DNA of 62,771 nt, taken from Candidatus Acetothermia bacterium. Its GTDB lineage: Bacteria > Bipolaricaulota > Bipolaricaulia > RBG-16-55-9 > DRXL01. Of the stretch, positions 19,025 through 28,962 are shown in pieces; the first letter of the stretch is position 1, and each line of letters opens with the position of its first letter. The position numbers were made by a program, and so were the translations under genes. Location: assembly GCA_022683945.1 (NCBI GenBank), contig JAJHSH010000005.1, positions 1 through 62,771 of the forward strand, written 5' to 3'. Under the pieces are notes generated by a model. It saw nothing but the letters and a program-made list of their open reading frames with translations. It had not been told where the DNA came from and searched no databases.

Positions 19025-19965
19025 ATTGCCGAGATCTCCGTCCCCGCTCGCCCTTCCAACGCCTCTACAGCTTTTTCTAATGACGTAATATACGCACACT
19101 CGCCCCCGCTCTCTATAAACCGAATCGCCGCCTCGACTTTGGGCCCCATGCTCCCCGGCGGGAAATGCCCCTCTAACAGATATCCTCGTGCTTCACTCAC
19201 CGATAGCCGATCTAAGAAGACTTCTTGTGGGCTCCCAAAGTGCAACGCCACACGCTCTACATCCGTTAAGAGCAAGAGCATCTCCGCTCGAAGCTCCTTC
19301 GCCAAGAGCGCCGACGCCAAATCTTTATCAATCACAGCTTCGACTCCGCGCCAATTCCCATCCTCACAGACTACGGGCACCCCCCCACCCCCACAGGCGA
19401 TCACCACCGCCCCCGTCTCAAGCAACGCTCTGATTGCGCCAAGCTCAATGATCTCTTTCGGATCGGGAGAGGCCACCACCCGCCGCCACGGTCTGGCTCC
19501 CTTCCCAACTTTTTCGAGAATATAGCCCTTCTGTTCTAACGCAGGGCGCTCGCGCTCCGAATAGAACGGCCCGATGGGCTTCGTCGGCCTGCGAAAGGCT
19601 GGGTCTTGCGAGTCGACAGCTACCCGCGTGATTACAGTGGCTACTGGAAGCCGAACTCCCAAAGCCTGCAATGCCTCATCCAGCTCTTGTTGTAAGAGAT
19701 ACCCCAGCTGCCCCTGGGTCATCGCACCGCAGACGTCCAAGGGCAGAGGCGGGACAAGCTCTTTTGCTTCTTCTTGCTGAATCAAGAGATTGCCCACTTG
19801 AGGGCCGTTGCCATGCGTTATCACAATGCGATACCCGCGCGCGATGATCTGCGCGATTTTTTCGCAGCTGCGTTCGATGATTCGAATCTGCTCGGCCACA
19901 GACCCGTTGGTCTTCGGATCGAGCAGCGCATTGCCACCCAGAGCAATCACTATCGTCTTACTCAA
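18997..19965 (-). CDS. arcC: carbamate kinase
   Basis: ALGGNAL, THGNGPQVG, TKPIGP, EAVIDKD and GSMGPKV motifs. Confidence 0.95.
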   Translation of the reverse strand: MSKTIVIALGGNALLDPKTNGSVAEQIRIIERSCEKIAQIIARGYRIVITHGNGPQVGNLLIQQEEAKELVPPLPLDVCGAMTQGQLGYLLQQELDEALQALGVRLPVATVITRVAVDSQDPAFRRPTKPIGPFYSERERPALEQKGYILEKVGKGARPWRRVVASPDPKEIIELGAIRALLETGAVVIACGGGGVPVVCEDGNWRGVEAVIDKDLASALLAKELRAEMLLLLTDVERVALHFGSPQEVFLDRLSVSEARGYLLEGHFPPGSMGPKVEAAIRFIESGGECAYITSLEKAVEALEGRAGTEISAIHLGQRIKR

Positions 19966-19992
19966 GATCTCTCTCCTCGCTGTAGGGGCAGA

Positions 19993-20064
19993 TCCTCACC
20001 CCGTCCCTCTCCCCCTTCCTGACCCTCCCCGCTTGCGGGGAGGGAACGGGTGGGGAGAGAGGGT
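19993..20064. repeat. nested family A palindromes
   Basis: TCCTCACCCCGTCCCTCTCC [CCCTTCCTGACCCTCCCCGC-TT-GCGGGGAGGGAACGGGTGG] GGAGAGAGGGT. Confidence 0.7.
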
Positions 20065-20070
20065 AGGCAG

Positions 20071-21471
20071 TCAAACTCGTTCGACTTTAATCAGATTCGT
20101 CGTGCCCGGAACGCCAAAGGGCACCCCCGCCGTGATGATCACCGGCGAGCCGGGCTTGAGTTGAGCAGCTTCGGCAGCCGCTTCGATGGAGCGCCGCAGC
20201 ATCGTGTCGGTCTCCGAGCAGAATTCAACGCGTACCGGCGTAACTCCCCAGACGAGCGCTAATTTATTGCAGACGCGCTCGCTGTACGTTACGGCAATAA
20301 TCGGGGTCCTCGGCCGGAACTTCGCGGCTAATTTCGCCGTAGACCCTGAAGTCGTCGAGGGGATGATCGCCGCTGCGCCGATGCGTTCGGCGATTTGACA
20401 CGCCGACTCCCCAATGGCTTCGGCGGTGCTCAAGTGCTTGCGTTCGTACTTATAATAAATCATAGAAGACTGTTCAATTCGCTGTGCGATGCGCGTCATC
20501 ATCTGCACGGCTTCTTTGGGATATTCTCCCACGGCGGTCTCTTCGGAGAGCATGATCGCATCGGTGCCGTCTAGAATAGCATTAGCGACATCGGCGACTT
20601 CGGCCCGCGTCGGCGTCGGGTTTTCTGTCATCGTTTTGAGCATCTGCGTAGCGATAATCACCGGCTTGCCGGCGCGATTGCACTTTCTCACGATCTCTTT
20701 CTGTAACAGAGGGACCTCTTCGGGGGGCAGCTCGACTCCTAAATCCCCGCGCGCGACCATCACGCCGTCGGCGGCGGCAATCAGATCGTCTATATTTCTC
20801 GCGGCCTCGCGCGTCTCGATCTTGGCGATGATCTCTATATCCGTCTTGCCCAAGATATGTCTAATATGATCTATATCCAAGCCCGTATGAACAAAGCTGG
20901 CAGCGATATAATCTACGCCGGCATCTTGGGCAAAACGAATATCGTCCTCATCCGTCGTGGTGATACCCGGCAGGCTCACGTCGGGGACGCTGACGCGTTT
21001 GCGCTCTCCCAGTTCTTTGGAGTTAAGCACTTCGCAGAGTATCCGTCCCGGCTGCGTCTCCAGAACGCTCAGCTCGATCTCGCCATTAGCCAATAGGATC
21101 TTCATCCCTGCGCGGACGTGCTGGGATAGCCCTCGATAGCTGATCGAGATCTGTTGCTCATTTCCCAGCACGGGCTCTTCGACCAGCGACAGTTTTTGGC
21201 CTGCTTTGAGCTCGATCTTCTCGCGCTTGAGCTCGCCGGTGCGGATCGCCGGGCCCTTGGTGTCCACCATGATCGCCGCGGGAATCCCAAGAGTATCTGC
21301 GGCGCTGCGCACCCGCGCGATCATCTCCCGGTGCTCGGCATGCGTCCCGTGGGACATATTGATTCTGGCGACGTTCATGCCGCTCTCGAGCAGCGACGTC
21401 AAAAGAGATTCGTCGAGCGAGGACGGCCCCAGCGTGCAGACGATCTTCGTGCGCTTATTTGCATTTCCCAT
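20071..21471 (-). CDS. pyk: pyruvate kinase
   Basis: TKIVCTLGP, ARINMSHG, IIAKIE, MVARGDLGVE, ATQML and GTTN motifs. Confidence 0.97.
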   Translation of the reverse strand: MGNANKRTKIVCTLGPSSLDESLLTSLLESGMNVARINMSHGTHAEHREMIARVRSAADTLGIPAAIMVDTKGPAIRTGELKREKIELKAGQKLSLVEEPVLGNEQQISISYRGLSQHVRAGMKILLANGEIELSVLETQPGRILCEVLNSKELGERKRVSVPDVSLPGITTTDEDDIRFAQDAGVDYIAASFVHTGLDIDHIRHILGKTDIEIIAKIETREAARNIDDLIAAADGVMVARGDLGVELPPEEVPLLQKEIVRKCNRAGKPVIIATQMLKTMTENPTPTRAEVADVANAILDGTDAIMLSEETAVGEYPKEAVQMMTRIAQRIEQSSMIYYKYERKHLSTAEAIGESACQIAERIGAAAIIPSTTSGSTAKLAAKFRPRTPIIAVTYSERVCNKLALVWGVTPVRVEFCSETDTMLRRSIEAAAEAAQLKPGSPVIITAGVPFGVPGTTNLIKVERV

Positions 21472-21604
21472 AAGACTGCTCTAGCATAAAGAGAAGTTTA
21501 TCAAAACTCAAGGAGTGACGTGCGTCTATAAAAAAGCTGACGGAACTCATAGCAAGAATTCGAAGTTTTTTGCTATACTCCCACATCATCTTATTAGGAG
21601 TTTT

Positions 21605-22294
21605 ATGACCTTCTGGCCGCGATCCTCGGTTGCCAAGAAGTTTCTCAACGGGCTTACGGGCTTGGGCTTAGTCTTGTTTATTATTATCCATCTGGCGGGG
21701 AATCTGCTGCTCTTGACGGGAAACCCCGACGATTTGAATCGTTATGCCCACAAGCTCGAGAGCCTTGGCCCGCTCTTGTTGTTCGCTCAGATCGGGCTGG
21801 CGCTCTTTTTTATTCTGCATATTCTCAGCGCGCTGACGGTCTATTTTGATAGATTAAGAGCGCGTCCGGCGCGCTACGCGGTCTCCGGCGACGCCGGCGG
21901 CGCGAGCCGCAAGACGATCTCTTCCGAGACGATGCTCTACACGGGTCTGGTGCTCTTGGTTTTCGTCCCTTGGCACGTCATCTCGCTGAAGTTTGGGCCG
22001 GGAATGGCCCAAGGCTACGTGACTGAGCTCGACGGTGTAGCCGTGCGCGACCTCTACCGATTGGTCGTGGAGTATTTCCAAAACCCTGTGCACGTCATTC
22101 TCTATGTCGCCGTGATGCTCTTCTTGGGGTTTCACTTGCGTCACGGCTTCTGGAGCATGATACAGTCTTTGGGGGCCTATCACCCCCGGCTGACGCCTCT
22201 ATGGTACACGGGCGGGCTGCTCTTCGCCGCGGCGATGGCCGTCGGCTATCTGGTCATTCCCATTTGGATTTATATGAACGGAGCTAAGATATGA
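21605..22294 (+). CDS. sdhC: succinate dehydrogenase cytochrome b subunit
   Basis: KKFLNGLTG...HLAGN and HLRHGFWS motifs; five TM segments; upstream of sdhAB. Confidence 0.9.
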   Translation: MTFWPRSSVAKKFLNGLTGLGLVLFIIIHLAGNLLLLTGNPDDLNRYAHKLESLGPLLLFAQIGLALFFILHILSALTVYFDRLRARPARYAVSGDAGGASRKTISSETMLYTGLVLLVFVPWHVISLKFGPGMAQGYVTELDGVAVRDLYRLVVEYFQNPVHVILYVAVMLFLGFHLRHGFWSMIQSLGAYHPRLTPLWYTGGLLFAAAMAVGYLVIPIWIYMNGAKI

Positions 22295-24225
22295 CTACGT
22301 TGGCTGCTTCGCCTAAGCTCATCAGCAAAGCCCCCAGTGGCCCGATCGAGAGCCGCTGGACGCGCCACGTGGACGCGCTCAAACTGATCAACCCAACCAA
22401 TAAACGCAAGTTCACTATTCTGGTCGTGGGGACGGGCTTGGCGGGCGCCTCGGCCGCCGCCTCGCTCGCGGAGCTAGGCTACCACGTCAAGACGTTTTGT
22501 CTTCAAGATTCGCCGCGGCGCGCGCACTCGATCGCTGCTCAGGGCGGCATCAACGCGGCTAAAAATTACCGCAACGATGGAGACAGCGTCTGGCGGCTCT
22601 TCTATGACACCATCAAGGGCGGGGACTTCCGCGCCCGCGAAGCGAACGTCTATCGCTTGGCCGAGCTGAGCGTCCATATTATAGACCAGTGCGTGGCGCA
22701 GGGCGTGCCCTTCGCCCGCGAGTACGGCGGACTTCTAGATAACCGTTCGTTTGGGGGAGCCCAGGTCTCACGGACGTTCTATGCGCGCGGCCAGACGGGA
22801 CAACAACTCTTATTGGGAGCCTACAGCGCGATGATGCGCCAAGTCGAAGCGGGCCGCGTGGAGCTCTATCCGCGACGCGAGATGTTGGACTTGGTGCTCA
22901 TCCATAACCAAGCGCGCGGGATCATCTGCCGAAATCTGGTCACTGGGCAATTAGAAGCTTATGTGGGAGATGCCGTAGTGCTCTGCACCGGCGGCTATGG
23001 CAACGCTTATTTTCTCGCTACTTATGCGAAAAACTCCAACGCCACGGCCATCTGGCGCTGCTACAAACGAGGCGCGCTCTTCGCTGATCCCTGTTTCACA
23101 CAGATTCACCCCACGTGCATTCCCGTCACGGGAGACTATCAGTCAAAATTAACGTTGATGAGCGAGAGCCTGAGAAACGACGGGCGTGTCTGGGTTCCCA
23201 AGAAGAAGGGCGATACCCGCCCGCCGAATGAGATCCCCGAAGACGAACGAGATTACTACCTCGAGCGCAAATACCCCGGCTACGGGAATCTAGCCCCGCG
23301 GGATATTTCTTCTCGCGCGGCCAAAGCCGTCTGCGATGAAAGGCGCGGCGTGGGCGCTTCGGGCAAAGCCGTCTATCTCGATTTCTCCGACACGATCCGC
23401 GAGAAGGGCTTAGACTATATCAAAGAGCAGTACGGCAATCTCTTCGAGATGTACCAGCACATCACCGCTGAAGACCCCTATAGAGTGCCCATGCGCATCT
23501 ACCCCGCCGTACACTACACGATGGGCGGCCTCTGGGTGGACTATAACTTGATGAGCACGATCCCCGGTCTCTTTGTCTTGGGCGAGGCCAATTTCTCCGA
23601 TCACGGCGCAAACCGTCTTGGCGCAAGTGCCCTGATGCAAGGGCTCGCCGATGGCTACTTTATCATTCCCTACACGATTGGCGATTATCTCGCCGACGCT
23701 TCATTGCCCAAAGTCAAGCCCGACCAACGTGAGTTTCGCGAGACCCAAGCCGAAGTAGAAGCCAAGCTCAAAAGACTGCTGGCGATTCAGGGGGACAAAA
23801 CTCTCTTAGAGTTTCATCGGGAGCTGGGGCTTCTGCTCTGGGACTATGTAGGGATGGCGCGCAACGCCCAAGGGCTGCAACAAGCGATAGAGAAGATTCG
23901 GCATCTGCGCCAAGAGTTCTGGCAGAACGTGAAGATCCCCGGCAGCAACGATATGCTGAACAAGAGCTTAGAGATGGCCGGGCGCGTCGCGGACTTTCTA
24001 GAGTTGGGAGAGCTGATGGCTCTAGACGCCCTTCAGCGCGAAGAATCGTGCGGTGCGCATTTCCGTGAAGAGTATCAGACCCCCGATGGCGAAGCCCTGC
24101 GCAACGATGAACGATTCTCTCATGTCGCCGCGTGGGAGTATGCGGGCGAAGACCAGCCCCCAGAGCTGCATAAAGAGCCTTTGGTCTTTGAGTTCGTGAA
24201 ACCGACGGTGAGGAGCTATAAATGA
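22291..24225 (+). CDS. sdhA: succinate dehydrogenase/fumarate reductase flavoprotein
   Basis: [27 protein letters not shown] and HGANRLG motifs. Confidence 0.96.
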   Translation: MTTLAASPKLISKAPSGPIESRWTRHVDALKLINPTNKRKFTILVVGTGLAGASAAASLAELGYHVKTFCLQDSPRRAHSIAAQGGINAAKNYRNDGDSVWRLFYDTIKGGDFRAREANVYRLAELSVHIIDQCVAQGVPFAREYGGLLDNRSFGGAQVSRTFYARGQTGQQLLLGAYSAMMRQVEAGRVELYPRREMLDLVLIHNQARGIICRNLVTGQLEAYVGDAVVLCTGGYGNAYFLATYAKNSNATAIWRCYKRGALFADPCFTQIHPTCIPVTGDYQSKLTLMSESLRNDGRVWVPKKKGDTRPPNEIPEDERDYYLERKYPGYGNLAPRDISSRAAKAVCDERRGVGASGKAVYLDFSDTIREKGLDYIKEQYGNLFEMYQHITAEDPYRVPMRIYPAVHYTMGGLWVDYNLMSTIPGLFVLGEANFSDHGANRLGASALMQGLADGYFIIPYTIGDYLADASLPKVKPDQREFRETQAEVEAKLKRLLAIQGDKTLLEFHRELGLLLWDYVGMARNAQGLQQAIEKIRHLRQEFWQNVKIPGSNDMLNKSLEMAGRVADFLELGELMALDALQREESCGAHFREEYQTPDGEALRNDERFSHVAAWEYAGEDQPPELHKEPLVFEFVKPTVRSYK

Positions 24226-24977
24226 CCCTGCACCTGCGAATCTGGCGTCAAGCTCACGCTCAAGCGTCGGGCAGGTTCGTCTCTTACACCGTGAAAGACC
24301 TCTCGCCCGATATGTCGTTTTTAGAGATGCTCGACGTGCTCAACGAAGAACTCACAAAGAAGGGCGAAGCCCCCGTAGAGTTCGACAGCGACTGTCGCGA
24401 GGGCATCTGTGGGACGTGTGGCTTCGTCATTGACGGTGTGGCGCACGGGCCGCGACGCGGGCGTACCGTCTGTCAGCTCTATTTGAGAGATTTCCGAGAC
24501 GGGCAGAGCGTGACACTAGAGCCTTTTCGCGCCAAGGCCTTCCCCGTGATCCAAGACCTCGTCGTAGATCGCAGCGCCTTCGAGCGCATCATCGCTGCGG
24601 GGGGCTATATCTCTGTAGATACCGGCAGTGCGCCGGATGCCAACAGCATTCTCATTCCCAAAGAAGTTGCCGAAGGCGCATTTGACGCCGCCGCTTGTAT
24701 CGGCTGCGGCGCTTGTGTCGCGGCCTGCCCTAATGCATCGGCGTCGCTCTTTGTGAGCGCCAAGATCGCCCATCTGGCGCTCTTGCCCCAAGGCCAACCG
24801 GAGCGCCACAGAAGAGTCCTCAAGATGGTCGCGCAGATGGACAGAGAAAACTTTGGCAACTGTTCCAATCACGGCGAGTGCGAGGCCGTCTGCCCAAAGA
24901 ATATTTCTATCAAGCAGATCGCGCTGATGCGACGCGAGTATCTCACAGAGATTTGGAAAAACTTTCGTGCGTTATGA
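24222..24977 (+). CDS. sdhB: succinate dehydrogenase iron-sulfur subunit
   Basis: [20 protein letters not shown] and [10 protein letters not shown] motifs. Confidence 0.96.
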   Translation: MTLHLRIWRQAHAQASGRFVSYTVKDLSPDMSFLEMLDVLNEELTKKGEAPVEFDSDCREGICGTCGFVIDGVAHGPRRGRTVCQLYLRDFRDGQSVTLEPFRAKAFPVIQDLVVDRSAFERIIAAGGYISVDTGSAPDANSILIPKEVAEGAFDAAACIGCGACVAACPNASASLFVSAKIAHLALLPQGQPERHRRVLKMVAQMDRENFGNCSNHGECEAVCPKNISIKQIALMRREYLTEIWKNFRAL

Positions 24978-25068
24978 ACGACTGAATAGAAGCGGAAAGT
25001 GGAGGGGTGATGAATGTCCGTGATACAGTCTCAAATATAAAAAGGATAGAGAATTATTACGCCAAACT

Positions 25069-27123
25069 TCACTTATCCGACGCTAAATGTTTTTCCACCA
25101 GATGGGGAATGCTATCATAACTGTTGCCAGTGTGAAGCAGCGTCAAAAGTTGACCGTAGAGCACCATCTTACGGTCATTGCGAGAAAGGCTAAAGCCAGC
25201 AGCTTGAAGCCTCTGGAGTTTGATCTTGGCAGATTCCAGTGCTTCCTCAGTAGTGAAACACTTCCGCGCACTGATGGTCTTCCGGCAAACAAGAATGATG
25301 TCCAGATGGATTGGCTCTTTGGCCTGCGACTTCGGCATAGCAACGGACAGTTCTGACTTCACGGGGTGGGAGTTGACAACGACGAACCCTGCTCCAAGCA
25401 CGGCGTCAGCAATAGCCCACCATCCTTTGTCACGGGAATGATGATAAGTGAACACCAAAAGACCATCATCTTTCAGAACACGATGACACTCTTGGAAGAC
25501 GGTTCTAAGCTTAGTTGCAAAATTGCTGGCCTCCACGTCTTGCACTTCTAATGAACTGCGGGTAGTTCGTTCTTCTTCCCCTCTTATTACCTGCTGCCAA
25601 GAGTAGAAGAAGTCCGCCAACTCCGAGTAATGTACATTATCGAAGAATGGCGGGTCAGTAACTATGAAATCTATACTTTTGCTTGGCAATTCCATCTTGG
25701 TGGAGTCGCCACAGGAAAGGTAAATTGCCCGTGGAGAGAACAATGATTTTCTGGGCCACGGTTCGACTTGTCCGCTGAAAGCAGGGGAACACACAATGCT
25801 ACTTCCCGTTCTGCCGTTTACCTCGGTGGGGTTTAAGCGATATTCCAGTGCTCTCAATAACCGGGACCGAAAGAGATTGGAGAATGCCCCGGAGCTTTTG
25901 AGCGTGCCCCAAACATTAGCTTCAATTGGCATCCGCTCTGGTTTAAGGATATGATGGGCGAACATGTGTCGGACAGCACCAGTCCCTTCTCCTTTGTAAG
26001 AGGCAAACATGTTATTGAACTCCAATGTACCAGAAAAAAGAATTAGAAATGCGTCTTGTGTCGTTGCATCGGGGATTTGGGCAATTGCAGCCCCAAGCCA
26101 TCCGAGGGCAAGCAGTTGACGGTCGTTAAAGAAGTCTCGCCATGATCGGAACCCATAGTTTATTGCTTGCCTGGTGTTGTAGCCATCCTCCAATTGTAGA
26201 GAGGGTAATCTGATCTTCCCCCGTTGAATTTCGCGTTGCAACAGCTTTGAACACCTCTCATAGGCCCTTTGATCCTCTTTGCTTGCGGGGAGATATTCCT
26301 TTTCTCCATCTTGGGTGAGGACAAGTTTGCCGTAGAGACGGAATATTGGACGCTTGCCACCGATAGCATCAAGGATTGAGAATGTCTGATGGCAGCGAGA
26401 GCAGGTTGCTTCTGATCCCCTCACTAGGCCATACCTCGGATCAAACTGATGCTCACATGACGGACACGTCGCCGACTTCTGTTCATGGCACCCCGCGAAG
26501 ATGTCTCCACAAGCCGGACAGAGGATTTGGACTACTGGCTTCCGATTAGGGTAGGCATTTGTGGCAATGACAAAGGAAGAAAAAAGATCAAGATAGCTAT
26601 GGCATTCAGGGCAGCAAGCCTGCATTACCCAAAAATAGTAAAGTGTACTGCACGAGCGTCCCTGTGAGTCCGTTGATTCATAGAGTGCCAGAACTTTCTT
26701 CCCAACGCTACGTGATAGGCCCTCGAACGCATTCTCTAGTTTGTCCTTTTGTATCGGTCCGAGGGCAACTTGCACAGCTTTCATAGCAACGGGGTTAATT
26801 TCCCGTCCGAGGGCCGTAAAGCCGAGCTTATGGGCCTCGCCGACCGTCGTACCTGAACCCATAAAGGGGTCCAACACAGTGATTCCAGAGCAAGAGTGGG
26901 TACGATGGAACTCCGAGGCAAGGTCACTCTTTGATGGCAGTGTGCATCCCAAGAGGATGCCTCTGAACACTGAGCCAAGCCGCTTCGCCCACCACTTATG
27001 GATGTGATAGATTGGGCGATGGATTTCCTTGCGCCAGCTCTCACGCTCCGCAAGTTCGGAGAGAAACTCAAAAGCAAATTCATCCGTCTCAATCAACGGC
27101 ACGCTAGTCGTTTGTCTCTTCAT
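25069..27123 (-). CDS. amino-DNA methyltransferase with Zn-ribbon (DUF1156/COG1743-like)
   Basis: HKWWAKR, DPFMGSGTT (motif I), four CxxC pairs and TDPPF (motif IV). Likely start ATG 27123 overlaps the upstream gene. Confidence 0.85.
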   Translation of the reverse strand: MKRQTTSVPLIETDEFAFEFLSELAERESWRKEIHRPIYHIHKWWAKRLGSVFRGILLGCTLPSKSDLASEFHRTHSCSGITVLDPFMGSGTTVGEAHKLGFTALGREINPVAMKAVQVALGPIQKDKLENAFEGLSRSVGKKVLALYESTDSQGRSCSTLYYFWVMQACCPECHSYLDLFSSFVIATNAYPNRKPVVQILCPACGDIFAGCHEQKSATCPSCEHQFDPRYGLVRGSEATCSRCHQTFSILDAIGGKRPIFRLYGKLVLTQDGEKEYLPASKEDQRAYERCSKLLQREIQRGKIRLPSLQLEDGYNTRQAINYGFRSWRDFFNDRQLLALGWLGAAIAQIPDATTQDAFLILFSGTLEFNNMFASYKGEGTGAVRHMFAHHILKPERMPIEANVWGTLKSSGAFSNLFRSRLLRALEYRLNPTEVNGRTGSSIVCSPAFSGQVEPWPRKSLFSPRAIYLSCGDSTKMELPSKSIDFIVTDPPFFDNVHYSELADFFYSWQQVIRGEEERTTRSSLEVQDVEASNFATKLRTVFQECHRVLKDDGLLVFTYHHSRDKGWWAIADAVLGAGFVVVNSHPVKSELSVAMPKSQAKEPIHLDIILVCRKTISARKCFTTEEALESAKIKLQRLQAAGFSLSRNDRKMVLYGQLLTLLHTGNSYDSIPHLVEKHLASDK

Positions 27124-27919
27124 ACTCAATGGTAGATATGTCAATCTGTCGCATTGAAACAGGGGCAATCTTTGTTCCCCTAAGCCGCCACGCATGGAAA
27201 ACATGTTCCGTTCCCGCACCGGGGTTGGGCACCTTCTGGGGGATAAGCTGATTCGTCTGCAAGTTGAACGAGTATCCTATTATCATCTCAGCAGCTTCGA
27301 TACGCTTAAGCTCACCAACATGGATCAATGCTTCTCCCGGTGAAACATGGTTGGGCAGGATGAGCGTGTACTGGTGGGCAAGTCCCTTAATGAGCCTGAA
27401 GGGTGTCGGGACGACATACATCTTTCGGTCACGGATAAGGATGTCTCCGTAGCTCCCGAACCCCTTCACGCTCTTGTTCTCATGGACGTAGTCGTGGTCG
27501 GCATTCAGAAAGTCACCATGACAAATCACAAGGTCTAACACGGGATAACTATTCCCATCTGGTTCTTTGGGGTAGCGACCGAAGACATAGTAGATAGTCC
27601 GTCCGTTGTGTAGCCCAGTCGGTACTTGACTGTTACTGTCAAAGCTCGCATCGCGTCCAGGGTATGACAGCCCTTTGACCTCATATCCCTCCGTAAATTG
27701 CACCATTGTGAAGTCTGGATAGCTGTTTCTACCACCTTGATCGAAATTGAAACTAGTCTCCATTAGTCGCTTCTTGAACCAATTCTGGAAGTGAAACTCC
27801 TTGTCCTTGGCACTCTCACGCATGATCAGTGATCCTCCGAGAATTGCCTGCACGCAACGAATGAAGACGGGGATAATAGTCATATTCTGTGTTCGCTCCA
27901 TACTCACTGCCAACTTCAC
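27104..27919 (-). CDS. putative PD-(D/E)xK restriction endonuclease
   Basis: SYPDF...YEVK motif; overlaps the methyltransferase start. True start may be 27901 or 27883. Confidence 0.6.
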   Translation of the reverse strand: MKLAVSMERTQNMTIIPVFIRCVQAILGGSLIMRESAKDKEFHFQNWFKKRLMETSFNFDQGGRNSYPDFTMVQFTEGYEVKGLSYPGRDASFDSNSQVPTGLHNGRTIYYVFGRYPKEPDGNSYPVLDLVICHGDFLNADHDYVHENKSVKGFGSYGDILIRDRKMYVVPTPFRLIKGLAHQYTLILPNHVSPGEALIHVGELKRIEAAEMIIGYSFNLQTNQLIPQKVPNPGAGTEHVFHAWRLRGTKIAPVSMRQIDISTIEYEETND

Positions 27920-28146
27920 GGCAGTGCTCTTCCCATCAGCTTCAGCAACTCTTCCAGTGTGAACAGCGCAAAGCAGCCTTCGGCGTAAATCACCGCCATT
28001 TCCGGCGTGCTGAAGAGTCTGTTTCTCAGTGTCATAATGCTCTTACCCATCAGCTTTACAGCATACTCGGTTTTGAAGAGCAAAACAAGATTGTAGGCCG
28101 CCAGCGTGAAGAAAGATGGTGTTGAACTTGCCACCCGACCGGACAA
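27916..28146 (-). pseudogene. possible C-terminal remnant of an IS1380-like DDE transposase
   Basis: LAAYNLVLLFK...TLRNRLFSTP resembles the AYNL...TLRxRLF.xP tail I recall for IS1380 transposases. Confidence 0.35.
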
Positions 28147-28282
28147 GCATAATGAAAAGCTATAAGACCGGGGTGGCGAGGTTGGGTTCTATTCAAGCTA
28201 AAAAGTTTTTCCAAATCTCTGATCTCAGAGCGCTCTTGACCAAATAACACCGATCTGTTTTTGGGCAAGAGTAGGGGGCACG

Positions 28283-28894
28283 TTACTTTGAGAAAAGCTC
28301 TCTCAGCGTCCGCCATTTCGCTCGCGCGCACTCTGGGAAATACCCGTGACGCTCGTAAAACTCTCTCAAAAACGCGCGCGTCTTAGGCTCACTGGGATAG
28401 CCCCAACCGAAGTCGCCGTACTCTTCGCGCAGCCGCTCGATCGCCCGGTCGCGCCAGACCTTGGCTACAATCGAAGCTGCACTGACGATGGGATAGTGCA
28501 CATCGGCTTTATTCTCAGCGATCAGTTCGAAGTCTCGCTCTGCGCAAGAGCGTAGCTGATGCACAAAACCCGACTGGGCACGCGGCCCCACCGGCAGATC
28601 GAGATAGACTCTATCAGTGCTGCTTTTTTGTATAATCTTGGCCATTGCTTGCAGCTCAACGTGAGTCAGATTCTCTGCAAGCTGCGCAACCGGGATCTCC
28701 AACACGAGCACGTGCGCGATCTCTCGAATAGCTTCAGAGAACTCCGTGCGTTGCGAGCGCGTCAATTGCTTGCTGTCACGCAACTTCAGCGCTTCTAAGG
28801 ACGGCAGTGCGTTCTTCTCGACCCAGACCCCGGCTACGACCAACGGGCCGATCACGCAGCCCCGTCCCGCTTCGTCTATTCCCAATATTCTCAT
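28283..28894 (-). CDS. rnhB: ribonuclease HII
   Basis: GIDEAGRG, RDSKQL, VSAASIVAKV.RD and GYPS motifs. Confidence 0.95.
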   Translation of the reverse strand: MRILGIDEAGRGCVIGPLVVAGVWVEKNALPSLEALKLRDSKQLTRSQRTEFSEAIREIAHVLVLEIPVAQLAENLTHVELQAMAKIIQKSSTDRVYLDLPVGPRAQSGFVHQLRSCAERDFELIAENKADVHYPIVSAASIVAKVWRDRAIERLREEYGDFGWGYPSEPKTRAFLREFYERHGYFPECARAKWRTLRELFSK

Positions 28895-28962
28895 AAGCGC
28901 TTGCGCCGATAGCGATCCAGTCTATAGAATAGAAGATACTCTCGACAACTTGGAGGATCGCT

